Positions 9,060-17,509 of a DNA stretch of 64,000 bases are shown here, piece by piece. Each line of letters opens with the position of its first letter. Position 1 is the first letter of the stretch. The position numbers and the translations under genes were made by a program. Under the pieces are notes generated by a model. It saw only the letters and a program-made list of their open reading frames with translations. It ran no database searches and was not told the DNA's origin. The stretch is from Minisyncoccia bacterium. Lineage in GTDB: Bacteria; Patescibacteriota; Minisyncoccia; Phycocordibacterales; Phycocordibacteraceae. The stretch is taken from the NCBI GenBank assembly GCA_038207395.1, contig JBBQZW010000001.1, positions 13,530-77,529 of the forward strand, given 5' to 3'.

Positions 9060-10448
9060 ATGGATATTCTCACTCTTTCGCGCATTCAGTTTGGCGGCAC
9101 AGCAGCATTCCATATTCTTTGGCCACTCCTTTCTATCGGTCTTGGAATATACCTTTTCGTGCTTGAGGCGCTGTGGCTCAAAACGAAGAATGATTCGTAC
9201 TACCGTCAACTTCGCTTCTGGGTAAAGATTTTTGTACTTACCTTTGTTATGGGAACAGCTTCAGGTATTCCCCTCGAGTTTGAGTTCGGTACGAACTGGG
9301 CAGCCTTTTCAAACGCTGCAGGAGACTTTATGGGAAACATTCTCGGCTTTGAATCAACGGTTGCGTTTGCGCTAGAAGCAGCCTTCCTGGGTATATTCGC
9401 CTTCGGGTGGAAGCGTGTGCGCCCCGCTATCCACCTTTTTGCAAATGGCATGGTTGCCTTTGGGGCAACGCTCTCTGCGTTCTGGATAATGGTCGCAAAC
9501 TCATGGATGCAAATCCCAACAGGCATTACCGTAGAAGGTACAAAAATAATCGTGACGGACTATATGGTCGCGATCTTTAACCCTGGCTCACTTATTAGTT
9601 TTGCCCATATGGAAATCGCTTGTATTGAGACGACTCTCTTTTTCATTATGGGTATTTCAGCGTTTGCAATACTAAAAGCCACCGATACGGCGCGTAAAGA
9701 ATTCTTTCTCCAGTCATTTCGTATTGCGCTTGCTATTGCAGTACTTATTACACCGCTTCAGCTATTCTTGGGGGACATTTCTGGCCAAGTAGTTGCAAAG
9801 TATCAGCCAGAGAAACTGGCTTCTCTTGAAATGCACTGGGATACAAACCCGCCAGGCGTTGGTGCAGGGTATTCAGTTCTTGCTTGGCCCGCTATGGAAG
9901 GAGGTCGCAATACCTTTGATGCCCAAATCCCAAACGGACTTTCTCTTATTACTACGCATTCAGTAACCGGTGAGGTAAAGGGTCTGAACGAATACCGTCC
10001 GGAGGATCGTCCGACTCCTATAAACTCAATTCTTACGTTCTACTCGTTCCGTCTGATGGTGCTTTGCGGCATTATCATGTTTGCACTCATGATTGTTGGT
10101 ATGTGGTACTGGAAGAAGGGGCGACTCACCGTCGACGCAGTTACTAAGCACCGCTGGTTCTGGCGTTCTTGGATCTTTGCCATACCCCTCGGCTTTATTG
10201 CCACTGAAGCAGGGTGGATGGTACGTGAGATTGGACGCCAGCCGTGGGTGGTGTATCACCTTATGCGTACAAGTGAGGGTGTTTCTCCGAACCTTTCTGC
10301 CGTACCTGTTGCCATAACGACCGCACTCTTCGCGCTATTCTATCTAGTCTCAATTGTTGGATTTATATACTTTACCTATCGCATCGTCCGCAAAGGCCCT
10401 GATCTTACCAGTCCTGTCATTCGCTACATGCCCCGCACCACGCCATGA
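9060..10448 (+). CDS. cydA: Cytochrome bd quinol oxidase subunit I (short Q-loop)
   Basis: His in FHILW, FEFGTNW, ANSWMQ, QPEKLA.E, EIGRQPW. Confidence 0.95.
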   Translation: MDILTLSRIQFGGTAAFHILWPLLSIGLGIYLFVLEALWLKTKNDSYYRQLRFWVKIFVLTFVMGTASGIPLEFEFGTNWAAFSNAAGDFMGNILGFESTVAFALEAAFLGIFAFGWKRVRPAIHLFANGMVAFGATLSAFWIMVANSWMQIPTGITVEGTKIIVTDYMVAIFNPGSLISFAHMEIACIETTLFFIMGISAFAILKATDTARKEFFLQSFRIALAIAVLITPLQLFLGDISGQVVAKYQPEKLASLEMHWDTNPPGVGAGYSVLAWPAMEGGRNTFDAQIPNGLSLITTHSVTGEVKGLNEYRPEDRPTPINSILTFYSFRLMVLCGIIMFALMIVGMWYWKKGRLTVDAVTKHRWFWRSWIFAIPLGFIATEAGWMVREIGRQPWVVYHLMRTSEGVSPNLSAVPVAITTALFALFYLVSIVGFIYFTYRIVRKGPDLTSPVIRYMPRTTP

Positions 10449-11287
10449 CCGAGATTCTGCATCTTATTCCAGTGTACTGGCATATGGATTGGCTCCCTGC
10501 CTTATGGTTCTTTACTATTGCTCTTGAGATTGGACTCTATCTGATGCTTGATGGTGCAGATCTGGGTATTGGCATTCTCTCACTATTTTCTAAGAACGAG
10601 CATACTCGAGGGTACGTTATGCAAGTGATTGGTCCTATATGGGACGCAAACGAAACCTGGTTAGTGGTTGCGGCTGGAACACTCTTTGGTGCATTCCCCC
10701 TTGCTTACGGCATCATCCTAAGCGCACTCTACATTCCAGTGATGATCCTCATCTTTGGTCTTATTCTCCGAGCAGTATCCTTCGAGTTCTATCATTTCGC
10801 CTCACGCAAGCGTATCTGGGGACGATTCTTTGGCATTGGGAGTCTGATGGCTGCTGTTGGACAGGGACTACTTGCAGGCGGACTTGTGTCTGGCATTGCT
10901 GTGTCTAATGGTGAGTTTGTAGGGGGACCTCTTAGTTTTGCAACTCCTATCGCTTTCGTGATAACGGCTGGTATTGTTATTGCGTACCTGTGTACGGGTA
11001 AAGCATACCTCGTTCGCCGTCATGAATCATCAGGATCCTTAAAGCGCCTTATGTACCCTTCTGCTCTGGCCGTGCTGGCGGTTGCCTTTGGAACAGTGAC
11101 TATTGTTTTGCTTCCAAACCTCGTGCCGCCGAGCATAACTATCTATACAGCAGCGGCCTCACATAAGACATTGAAGTTTATGCTCTACGGAATAGGGCCA
11201 CTAATTCCAATTATCTTTGCGTATAATCTGTATTTGTATAGAGTGTTCCGCGAAGAGCGTGAGGAGAGCCGTGACGACACGTATTAA
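10445..11287 (+). CDS. cydB: Cytochrome bd oxidase subunit II (short, 280 aa)
   Basis: LDGADLGIG, GPIWDANETWLV, LRAVSFEF. Confidence 0.9.
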   Translation: MTEILHLIPVYWHMDWLPALWFFTIALEIGLYLMLDGADLGIGILSLFSKNEHTRGYVMQVIGPIWDANETWLVVAAGTLFGAFPLAYGIILSALYIPVMILIFGLILRAVSFEFYHFASRKRIWGRFFGIGSLMAAVGQGLLAGGLVSGIAVSNGEFVGGPLSFATPIAFVITAGIVIAYLCTGKAYLVRRHESSGSLKRLMYPSALAVLAVAFGTVTIVLLPNLVPPSITIYTAAASHKTLKFMLYGIGPLIPIIFAYNLYLYRVFREEREESRDDTY

Positions 11288-11344
11288 GCATTTGGTCCAC
11301 TGAGGTATACTTGTGTACGGAAACCTTCATACGGGATATATACA

Positions 11345-11965
11345 ATGCAGAAACCAGGTATTACTTCACTTACGGTCTACACCGGACCCATGTTTTCTTC
11401 CAAATCAGGGAGTCTGATTATGGGTATTGAACGCGCCGGCTATGCCCATTTACGTATCAAAGTCGGGAAATCTGGCATGGATACGCGTACGAATGGAGAA
11501 GTTGCCACGCGGCGTATTAAAGACGGCACCCCTTCAGTGCTTTCAAGCATAGAGGCAACGCCAATCTCTTCGCGTGAGGAATTCCTTGCATTTACTGCAG
11601 GGGATGACTATGACGTACTTGCCTTCGATGAGGTACAGTTTTTTACTCTTGACTCACCGATGCAAGACACGCTTGGTTGGTTTGGCAGGGAAATTCGTGA
11701 TCTTCTTCACCGTAGGAAAGATACATCGCTTCAGATCCTGATTGCAGGACTCGACACTGATGCAACTGATCTTCCCTTTGGGGTTATGCCAGGACTCATG
11801 GCCATTGCTGACCGGGTGGAGAAACTCACGGCAGTATGTATGGTGTGTGGTTCATTCTTTGCAACGAAGTCTCAGAGACTAAGTTCAGACAAGGGTACTG
11901 TGTCAGTCGGAGATGCGGGCATTTACGAAGCGCGATGCCGCTTGTGCTTTACTACGGGAACATAA
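11345..11965 (+). CDS. tdk: Thymidine kinase
   Basis: GPMFSSKS, DEVQFF, AGLD, CxxC...YEARCRxC. Confidence 0.9.
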   Translation: MQKPGITSLTVYTGPMFSSKSGSLIMGIERAGYAHLRIKVGKSGMDTRTNGEVATRRIKDGTPSVLSSIEATPISSREEFLAFTAGDDYDVLAFDEVQFFTLDSPMQDTLGWFGREIRDLLHRRKDTSLQILIAGLDTDATDLPFGVMPGLMAIADRVEKLTAVCMVCGSFFATKSQRLSSDKGTVSVGDAGIYEARCRLCFTTGT

Positions 11966-11969
11966 GCTG

Positions 11970-12000
11970 AAGACCCAGCTCGCTGCGCGAGCTGGGTCTT
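11970..12000. terminator. Bidirectional hairpin terminator
   Basis: AAGACCCAGCTCGC-tgc-GCGAGCTGGGTCTT between convergent genes. Confidence 0.75.
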
Positions 12001-12028
12001 TTCATTTGATTCATACAGGAGAGTATTC

Positions 12029-12397
12029 CTACGCCTGCTGGTCAAGCTTTACTGCAGCTTCGGTTCGAGACACCGGCTTACTTGCAGTAAGAAGCTTTAG
12101 AATACCCAGAGCAATGATGTAGTACACGACCATGGCAAGGAGTGTAGTCCATTCAAAAACACTCCCGGCAAGACGTGAAGCAGGAAAAACTGCTATAAAT
12201 GGCGCTGCAAATGGGTAGCTCAGTGTGTATATAAAGCTTGTAAAACCTGCAGAAGCATTTGCTCCTAGTAGTCTCAAAACAAAGCGAAATGCGAGAAGCA
12301 CTTCAAGAACTCCGAGGATGTACCAGACGATTTGTGTACCGCGATAAAGTGGACGACTGCTTCTGCTAACCGGAGTTGGATACGTGTAAATGGCCAT
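12029..12397 (-). CDS. YggT-like membrane protein
   Basis: RFVLRLLGAN..GF..FIY.LS.PF pattern. Confidence 0.7.
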   Translation of the reverse strand: MAIYTYPTPVSRSSRPLYRGTQIVWYILGVLEVLLAFRFVLRLLGANASAGFTSFIYTLSYPFAAPFIAVFPASRLAGSVFEWTTLLAMVVYYIIALGILKLLTASKPVSRTEAAVKLDQQA

Positions 12398-12503
12398 AGA
12401 AAAAGTTCATTCGAGTAATATATTAATACTATGCGGGTACACGTAAAGAATTGATGAAGGCGTGCTCAGCAGAGTAGAAATGATTTTGATATACTGATCC
12501 CAT

Positions 12504-13061
12504 ATGACACACACCAATACTTCAATTCCATTAGCAGAAGGTGCACACGTTCCAAACGTAACGTTCAAGACTCGGGTACGTGACGAATCAGTGGGCGGAG
12601 AAAACCCATACCGTTGGGAGGATGTTACCACTGATCAAGTGTTTGGTGGGAAGACCGTAGTGGTGTTCGGGCTCCCTGGCGCATTTACTCCCACATGCTC
12701 AAGTACCCATGCTCCTGGATTTGAGCAGAAGTACGAAGACTTTAAGAATGCAGGTGTTGATGAGGTGTACTGTCTTTCGGTAAACGATGCCTTTGTAATG
12801 AAGCAGTGGGCAGACAAACTTGGAATTTCTAAGGTAAAAATGCTTCCAGACGGTAACGCTGAGTTTACGCGCGGCATGGGAATGCTGGTTAAGAAAGAAA
12901 ATCTAGGCTTTGGAGATCGTTCATGGCGCTACAGTATGCTTGTAAAAGATGGTGTAATAACCAAACTTTTTATTGAGCCAGGTTTTTCTGATAACTGTGA
13001 CAGCGATCCATTCACTGTATCTGATGCTCAAACAATACTTGATGAGGTAACTGCTGCATAA
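12504..13061 (+). CDS. Peroxiredoxin (Prx5/type II redoxin)
   Basis: [24 protein letters not shown]. Confidence 0.92.
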   Translation: MTHTNTSIPLAEGAHVPNVTFKTRVRDESVGGENPYRWEDVTTDQVFGGKTVVVFGLPGAFTPTCSSTHAPGFEQKYEDFKNAGVDEVYCLSVNDAFVMKQWADKLGISKVKMLPDGNAEFTRGMGMLVKKENLGFGDRSWRYSMLVKDGVITKLFIEPGFSDNCDSDPFTVSDAQTILDEVTAA

Positions 13062-13076
13062 GTAGCGTACAGAAAT

Positions 13077-13109
13077 AAGAAAAGCCCACGCAAAGCGTGG
13101 GCTTTTCTT
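13077..13109. terminator. Bidirectional terminator
   Basis: AAGAAAAGCCCACG-caaag-CGTGGGCTTTTCTT. Confidence 0.75.
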
Positions 13110-13395
13110 ATACTCGAACTGAGCGCATCGGCATTTTCTTCTGCGTACGCTTGTCACATTTCATGCACTTAACATAGAGTTTTGGCTTCTCCCCCCCTTC
13201 AATTTTTTTATCCACCTTCCAGTCATGAGCGCAGATAACGCGTGCAATAACAGCACTAATATTTCCTGCACTAAAAACGTACTCTCCCATCATGTCGCGC
13301 AACACATCATGTTCATCGAACGTAAGTGGTCGCTCCAACAGCTCTTCTACATAATCATAGATTTGCTGACGGTAGTGTTTGGGACGTCGTTTCAT
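13108..13395 (-). CDS. Hypothetical protein with CxH...CxxC (possible Zn ribbon)
   Basis: 95-aa ORF in operon with the SET gene. Confidence 0.6.
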   Translation of the reverse strand: MKRRPKHYRQQIYDYVEELLERPLTFDEHDVLRDMMGEYVFSAGNISAVIARVICAHDWKVDKKIEGGEKPKLYVKCMKCDKRTQKKMPMRSVRV

Positions 13396-13404
13396 AATTC
13401 TTAT

Positions 13405-13848
13405 TTATGGAGACGTTTTTACGATACGTTTCTTACCTGGATCATTAAGTTCAGGAGCGCAGGATGCGCATCTGCAAGGCGTACAGTGTTCTTTAGTGTA
13501 CTCTTTTCCATAGTCATAGGTAATTTCATCTCCTAGTTTTATATTTTTCTTAGCAAATATATATACCCGTGCTTTGTGTATAACTGCTTCTGCATTTGGT
13601 TTACACGAATGATTTATGTACCCTGCCTTATTAATCTTTGGCTTGCCATCAAGAGTCTTCTTCTTTGTTACCTCGAATAGATATTTACTCTTACTCGAAT
13701 AGGCTTCGTCTTCTGAAATTTCTCTCCCTACATATTCAATAATACAGTCATCTTTAGAGATCACTGATCCCGCAAACATGCCAAGGCCCGCGCTCGACCG
13801 CTTAACAAGCAGTTTAAAATCTCCTGGAGTATACGTTCGGCGTGCCAT
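13405..13848 (-). CDS. SET domain lysine methyltransferase
   Basis: GLGMFA, IEYVG, YINHSCKPN, EITYDYG, post-SET CRCASC. Confidence 0.9.
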   Translation of the reverse strand: MARRTYTPGDFKLLVKRSSAGLGMFAGSVISKDDCIIEYVGREISEDEAYSSKSKYLFEVTKKKTLDGKPKINKAGYINHSCKPNAEAVIHKARVYIFAKKNIKLGDEITYDYGKEYTKEHCTPCRCASCAPELNDPGKKRIVKTSP

Positions 13849-13864
13849 AGTTATCTTAGAAACC

Positions 13865-15466
13865 TTAGGCGCCAATCTTAGCACGGCTCTGTGGACCAAA
13901 ATACCCTGTTGCCGGCAGTCCCGCAGCCTTCTGCCATGCTTTTACTGCTGCCGTGGTTGCAGGACCATACACACCGTTTGCCGTGGCTTTTAGATACCCT
14001 TTTTTGATTAGAATGTTCTGTAGCTTGGTTACCTCAGTGCCTTTTGATCCAGTCTTCAAGTCTTTGGTAAACGTTGAGGTGGTTGAAGGAGTGGTCTTTG
14101 GTGGTACTGAAGTCGTGGTTGCCACTGGTGATGCCACTACCGCCGTACTGGTGGTTGCACTTCCAGAACCAGAAAGGCTGGTTACGCGAGACGTTATCGG
14201 ATTACGCTCAGGACTTCCTATGCTTGCGAGTGCACTCCACATAGCGGGGTCTTCACTACCATCAATTTTAAAGATTGCGATACCTGCTACTCCTAGTTTT
14301 TTTGCAAGTACTGCTTTTTCTTTAATAGCTTGCGCGTCACTCCAGGTAACGAATGTTACGGGCGCCTGCTTAGTTTGCTGCTTAGTAAACGCGAGCGCTC
14401 CAGCTGCTGCAAGGTATGCTGAAGCCGTTCCGCTTGGCGCGAGCGCTGAAAGTGTTGAGTTACTTGGAAGTAAGCTTGTTTGTGCCATGTCTACATAACT
14501 GAAGTAGAGTTCGCCTGATGCATTGCGTGTTGGCGTTATGTTGTACTGCTTCGCAAGATCAACAGCATATTTCGGATTAAACGCTGAGAGCTTGGTATAG
14601 GTGAATCCTTTTCCGTCAGGATTCGACATTGCCTGGTACTCAGCTCCGTAGGTTGCAACTCCTAAAAGAATTTTGCTTGGGCTAATTTCCTGAGACATGT
14701 AGTGGATAACTTTCTCCACCCATGCGGTATCTGCAAGTGGTGCGTATAACTGATCACTATATTTGTTATTGAGCTGAATATCTGCAGTCTGCTGGTCGTA
14801 CGTCATAATACGAACGCGGTCACATACCTTGTTTATAACCGAAAGATCGTTCGCATACTCAATGTTTGGAGGAGGTGTTCCTGAGTAACGTGCCTCAAGG
14901 GGCATACGGGCTTCGATAGTACAGTCGAGTGTTAGCTTCGTATTTGCCTTGTAGAGTGCTGCTGATAACTCGGTAAGAAACGCTGAGAAACCAGGACGTG
15001 TCTCTGCCGTCTTACCTTCGTAATCAATATCAACCCCATCAAATCCGTTTTGCTGAATAGTCGTTACGATAGCTTGTATATGTGCAGCGCGAAGGTTCGG
15101 ATCATTTAGAACCGCATAAATGTTTGGAGTATCTGACCACATGATGGTAGGAACAACTTTTACCCCTTTGGCGCGTGCTGCCTGGAACAATGTCTGCCAT
15201 GCGCCACTCCCAATGTTTGAAGTATCGGCAAGAGTGCCGTCTGTTTTAACACTGTATCCAAAAGGATTAATTTCAGTAAGTTGTGAAAGATTTGCATGCG
15301 CGTCTGCAGTTCCTTTTGCTGTGGCCCAGTACGGTATCCACCCCGTGTATTCAAGCGAATTACTTACTGGGGCAGCACTAGCTGCAGGGGCAACGCTGGT
15401 AAAGATAAAAAGTGCGAGCAGTGCTGCTGCGCCTAGTTTGGAAAAGAAAGGTACAAGTCGGTTCAT
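13865..15466 (-). CDS. Secreted GH18 glycoside hydrolase with C-terminal peptidoglycan-binding domain
   Basis: Signal peptide, FDGVDIDYE, MTYD, T/S linker, LKTGSKG..V..LQ...G.YGPAT. Confidence 0.88.
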   Translation of the reverse strand: MNRLVPFFSKLGAAALLALFIFTSVAPAASAAPVSNSLEYTGWIPYWATAKGTADAHANLSQLTEINPFGYSVKTDGTLADTSNIGSGAWQTLFQAARAKGVKVVPTIMWSDTPNIYAVLNDPNLRAAHIQAIVTTIQQNGFDGVDIDYEGKTAETRPGFSAFLTELSAALYKANTKLTLDCTIEARMPLEARYSGTPPPNIEYANDLSVINKVCDRVRIMTYDQQTADIQLNNKYSDQLYAPLADTAWVEKVIHYMSQEISPSKILLGVATYGAEYQAMSNPDGKGFTYTKLSAFNPKYAVDLAKQYNITPTRNASGELYFSYVDMAQTSLLPSNSTLSALAPSGTASAYLAAAGALAFTKQQTKQAPVTFVTWSDAQAIKEKAVLAKKLGVAGIAIFKIDGSEDPAMWSALASIGSPERNPITSRVTSLSGSGSATTSTAVVASPVATTTSVPPKTTPSTTSTFTKDLKTGSKGTEVTKLQNILIKKGYLKATANGVYGPATTAAVKAWQKAAGLPATGYFGPQSRAKIGA

Positions 15467-15602
15467 ATAAGGAAAGTATACCTGTTAAGACGGACTACGT
15501 CAGCTTTTCTTACCTACGAAACTTTGACATACCATCTCATTTGTTATATAAACTATATGGATTAAGCACGTATACACACCTTCACTACAAGGAGATGTTT
15601 TC

Positions 15603-16601
15603 ATGACTACGTATGAAGTACTTGCAACGCCGTCTGCGTCAGGAATTTCGCTCTTCGGAGCGGATGTCCTGCAAGGGCTCAGTAAACGCAAAAAGCAAAT
15701 ACCCGCTCGGTATTTCTATGATGATCGAGGGAGTGAGCTGTTTGATCAGATTACTCGGCTACCTGAATATTACCCGACTCGAGCCGAGACGAGCATTCTG
15801 AGCGCGAATGCAGACTTGATCTGCGAGCTCGTGGGCACTGAACCAACCGACATTGTCGAGCTGGGCTGCGGCTGCGGACCCAAAACGTGGGATTTGCTTG
15901 GTGCACTTCTTTCGAATGGTGCCGATATCAGATATCGCCCCATCGACATTTCAGAGGGTGCGATGAGTACACTTTACACTGAGCTTGACCGCCGCTTTGG
16001 TAGTCGCCTTGAAGTTGAAGGTGTCGTCGCCGAATATAACGGTGGACTTGCTCACTTGAATGCACAAAGCACCAAAAAAGGCCGTAAGAAGCTGATCTTG
16101 TTCTTCGGAGCAAATATCGGCAACATGACGGACCCCGAAGCGGTGCAGTTCCTGCGTGAACTTGGTGAATATATGCAGCCTGAGGATCGACTCCTTATTG
16201 GATTTGATCTGAAGAAGGACCTGCACATTCTTCAGCAAGCATATGATGACAGTCAGGGCATCACAGCTGAATTTAATCTCAACCTTCTGGCACGAATGAA
16301 TCGGGAACTTGGTGCGGATTTCGATCTCACTAACTTTACGCATCACGCGTTTTACGATCCTGCTCGTGAAGCCATGGTCAGCTGGATAATCTCTTTGGAG
16401 GCTCAGCAAGTCAGGTTTAAGGGCATGATTGGAAACCCGACGTTCATATTCCGTGAGCTTGAAGGAATCTGGGTTGAAATGTCTCGTAAGTTCAGTACTG
16501 ATGACATATCAGTACTTGCTCAACGCAGTGACCTGATTGTCGAAAATTGGCTCTTGGATTCTCAACAAATGTTCGTTAATACGATTTTAAGACGTGCGTA
16601 A
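15603..16601 (+). CDS. egtD: L-histidine N-alpha-methyltransferase (EgtD family)
   Basis: YFYDDRGSELFDQITRLPEYYPTRAE, ELGCG, AYDDSQGITAEFNLNLL. Confidence 0.9.
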   Translation: MTTYEVLATPSASGISLFGADVLQGLSKRKKQIPARYFYDDRGSELFDQITRLPEYYPTRAETSILSANADLICELVGTEPTDIVELGCGCGPKTWDLLGALLSNGADIRYRPIDISEGAMSTLYTELDRRFGSRLEVEGVVAEYNGGLAHLNAQSTKKGRKKLILFFGANIGNMTDPEAVQFLRELGEYMQPEDRLLIGFDLKKDLHILQQAYDDSQGITAEFNLNLLARMNRELGADFDLTNFTHHAFYDPAREAMVSWIISLEAQQVRFKGMIGNPTFIFRELEGIWVEMSRKFSTDDISVLAQRSDLIVENWLLDSQQMFVNTILRRA

Positions 16602-16611
16602 TCGTCTATAT

Positions 16612-16640
16612 AAAAGGCGGCCGAGAATCGGCCGCCTTTT
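16612..16640. terminator. Terminator after egtD
   Basis: AAAAGGCGGCCGA-gaa-TCGGCCGCCTTTT. Confidence 0.8.
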
Positions 16641-16708
16641 TCTTTATACCCATAACGCAAAAGAACCCACATCCACAAAGGATCGGGTTCTCTTGTCCAA
16701 GTACGAAT

Positions 16709-17329
16709 TTAACGCACTGCGAGCTGTGAGGAAGCTTCTACCATACGTACGAGTTCAGCCTGCGTTGAAGGAATATCCTTAACGTTAATCTTGCCGATCA
16801 CGCGAATGGTGACTTTGCCACACAAACCGAGTGCACGCCCTGGGTTGATCTGGCGTCCGTTATGAGAGACCGTGTTGTCCTCATCAAGCAATACGTCCAC
16901 CGTGTTTGTGATTCGAGTATTCATAGCATCCGCAATAACGCGGTAGCCAATCTGCGACTCAACCTTCTTGTATCCACATGAAGGAGTGTCTGCATTTTCT
17001 CGATCAAGCTCGATGATCGTACCGTACGGAAGCTTTTTTGCGAGATCGCCGGAGCGAGCCGCAACAACTTCAGGGTTCGAGAACGCGCCGCTCGCAGTCC
17101 AAAACGGGTTGTTATCCGTCTGAGCAGGAACAGCATTATATGCGGTGAGCTTGGTTGTGAGGGTAATTGGTGCTACGGGAGCAATAACTACCATCGGAGC
17201 CGGAAGTCGTCCAACCGAAGTTGAACTCGCTACTGCTACTGGCGTCGTTGCTTGCGCAGAGGCGACGGGAGCGGTAACGCTTGCCGGCAAAACCATAAGA
17301 CCCACCAGAACGGGTATTAGGAAAGGCAT
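16709..17329 (-). CDS. Secreted 3D-domain-like (lytic transglycosylase-related) protein
   Basis: TAYN..P.QTD..PF.TASG, LPYGT, D.MN.R...VDV. Confidence 0.75.
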   Translation of the reverse strand: MPFLIPVLVGLMVLPASVTAPVASAQATTPVAVASSTSVGRLPAPMVVIAPVAPITLTTKLTAYNAVPAQTDNNPFWTASGAFSNPEVVAARSGDLAKKLPYGTIIELDRENADTPSCGYKKVESQIGYRVIADAMNTRITNTVDVLLDEDNTVSHNGRQINPGRALGLCGKVTIRVIGKINVKDIPSTQAELVRMVEASSQLAVR

Positions 17330-17437
17330 AAATGCAAAAACGGCTTACCGAGGCTTGCCGTCTTTACTTAGCTAGACTAGCATGGCAAGGGGTGTGCTGT
17401 CAAGCATTTTCACCACTTCTTCATACCTATGGGGATT

Positions 17438-17465
17438 ATAATATGGCTTATATAAGCCATATTAT
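17438..17465. repeat. Perfect 28-bp palindrome
   Basis: ATAATATGGCTTAT|ATAAGCCATATTAT. Confidence 0.9.
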
Positions 17466-17509
17466 CGCTATATACAAGAACACAAATACAGCACTTGTCT
17501 AGTCACCGG

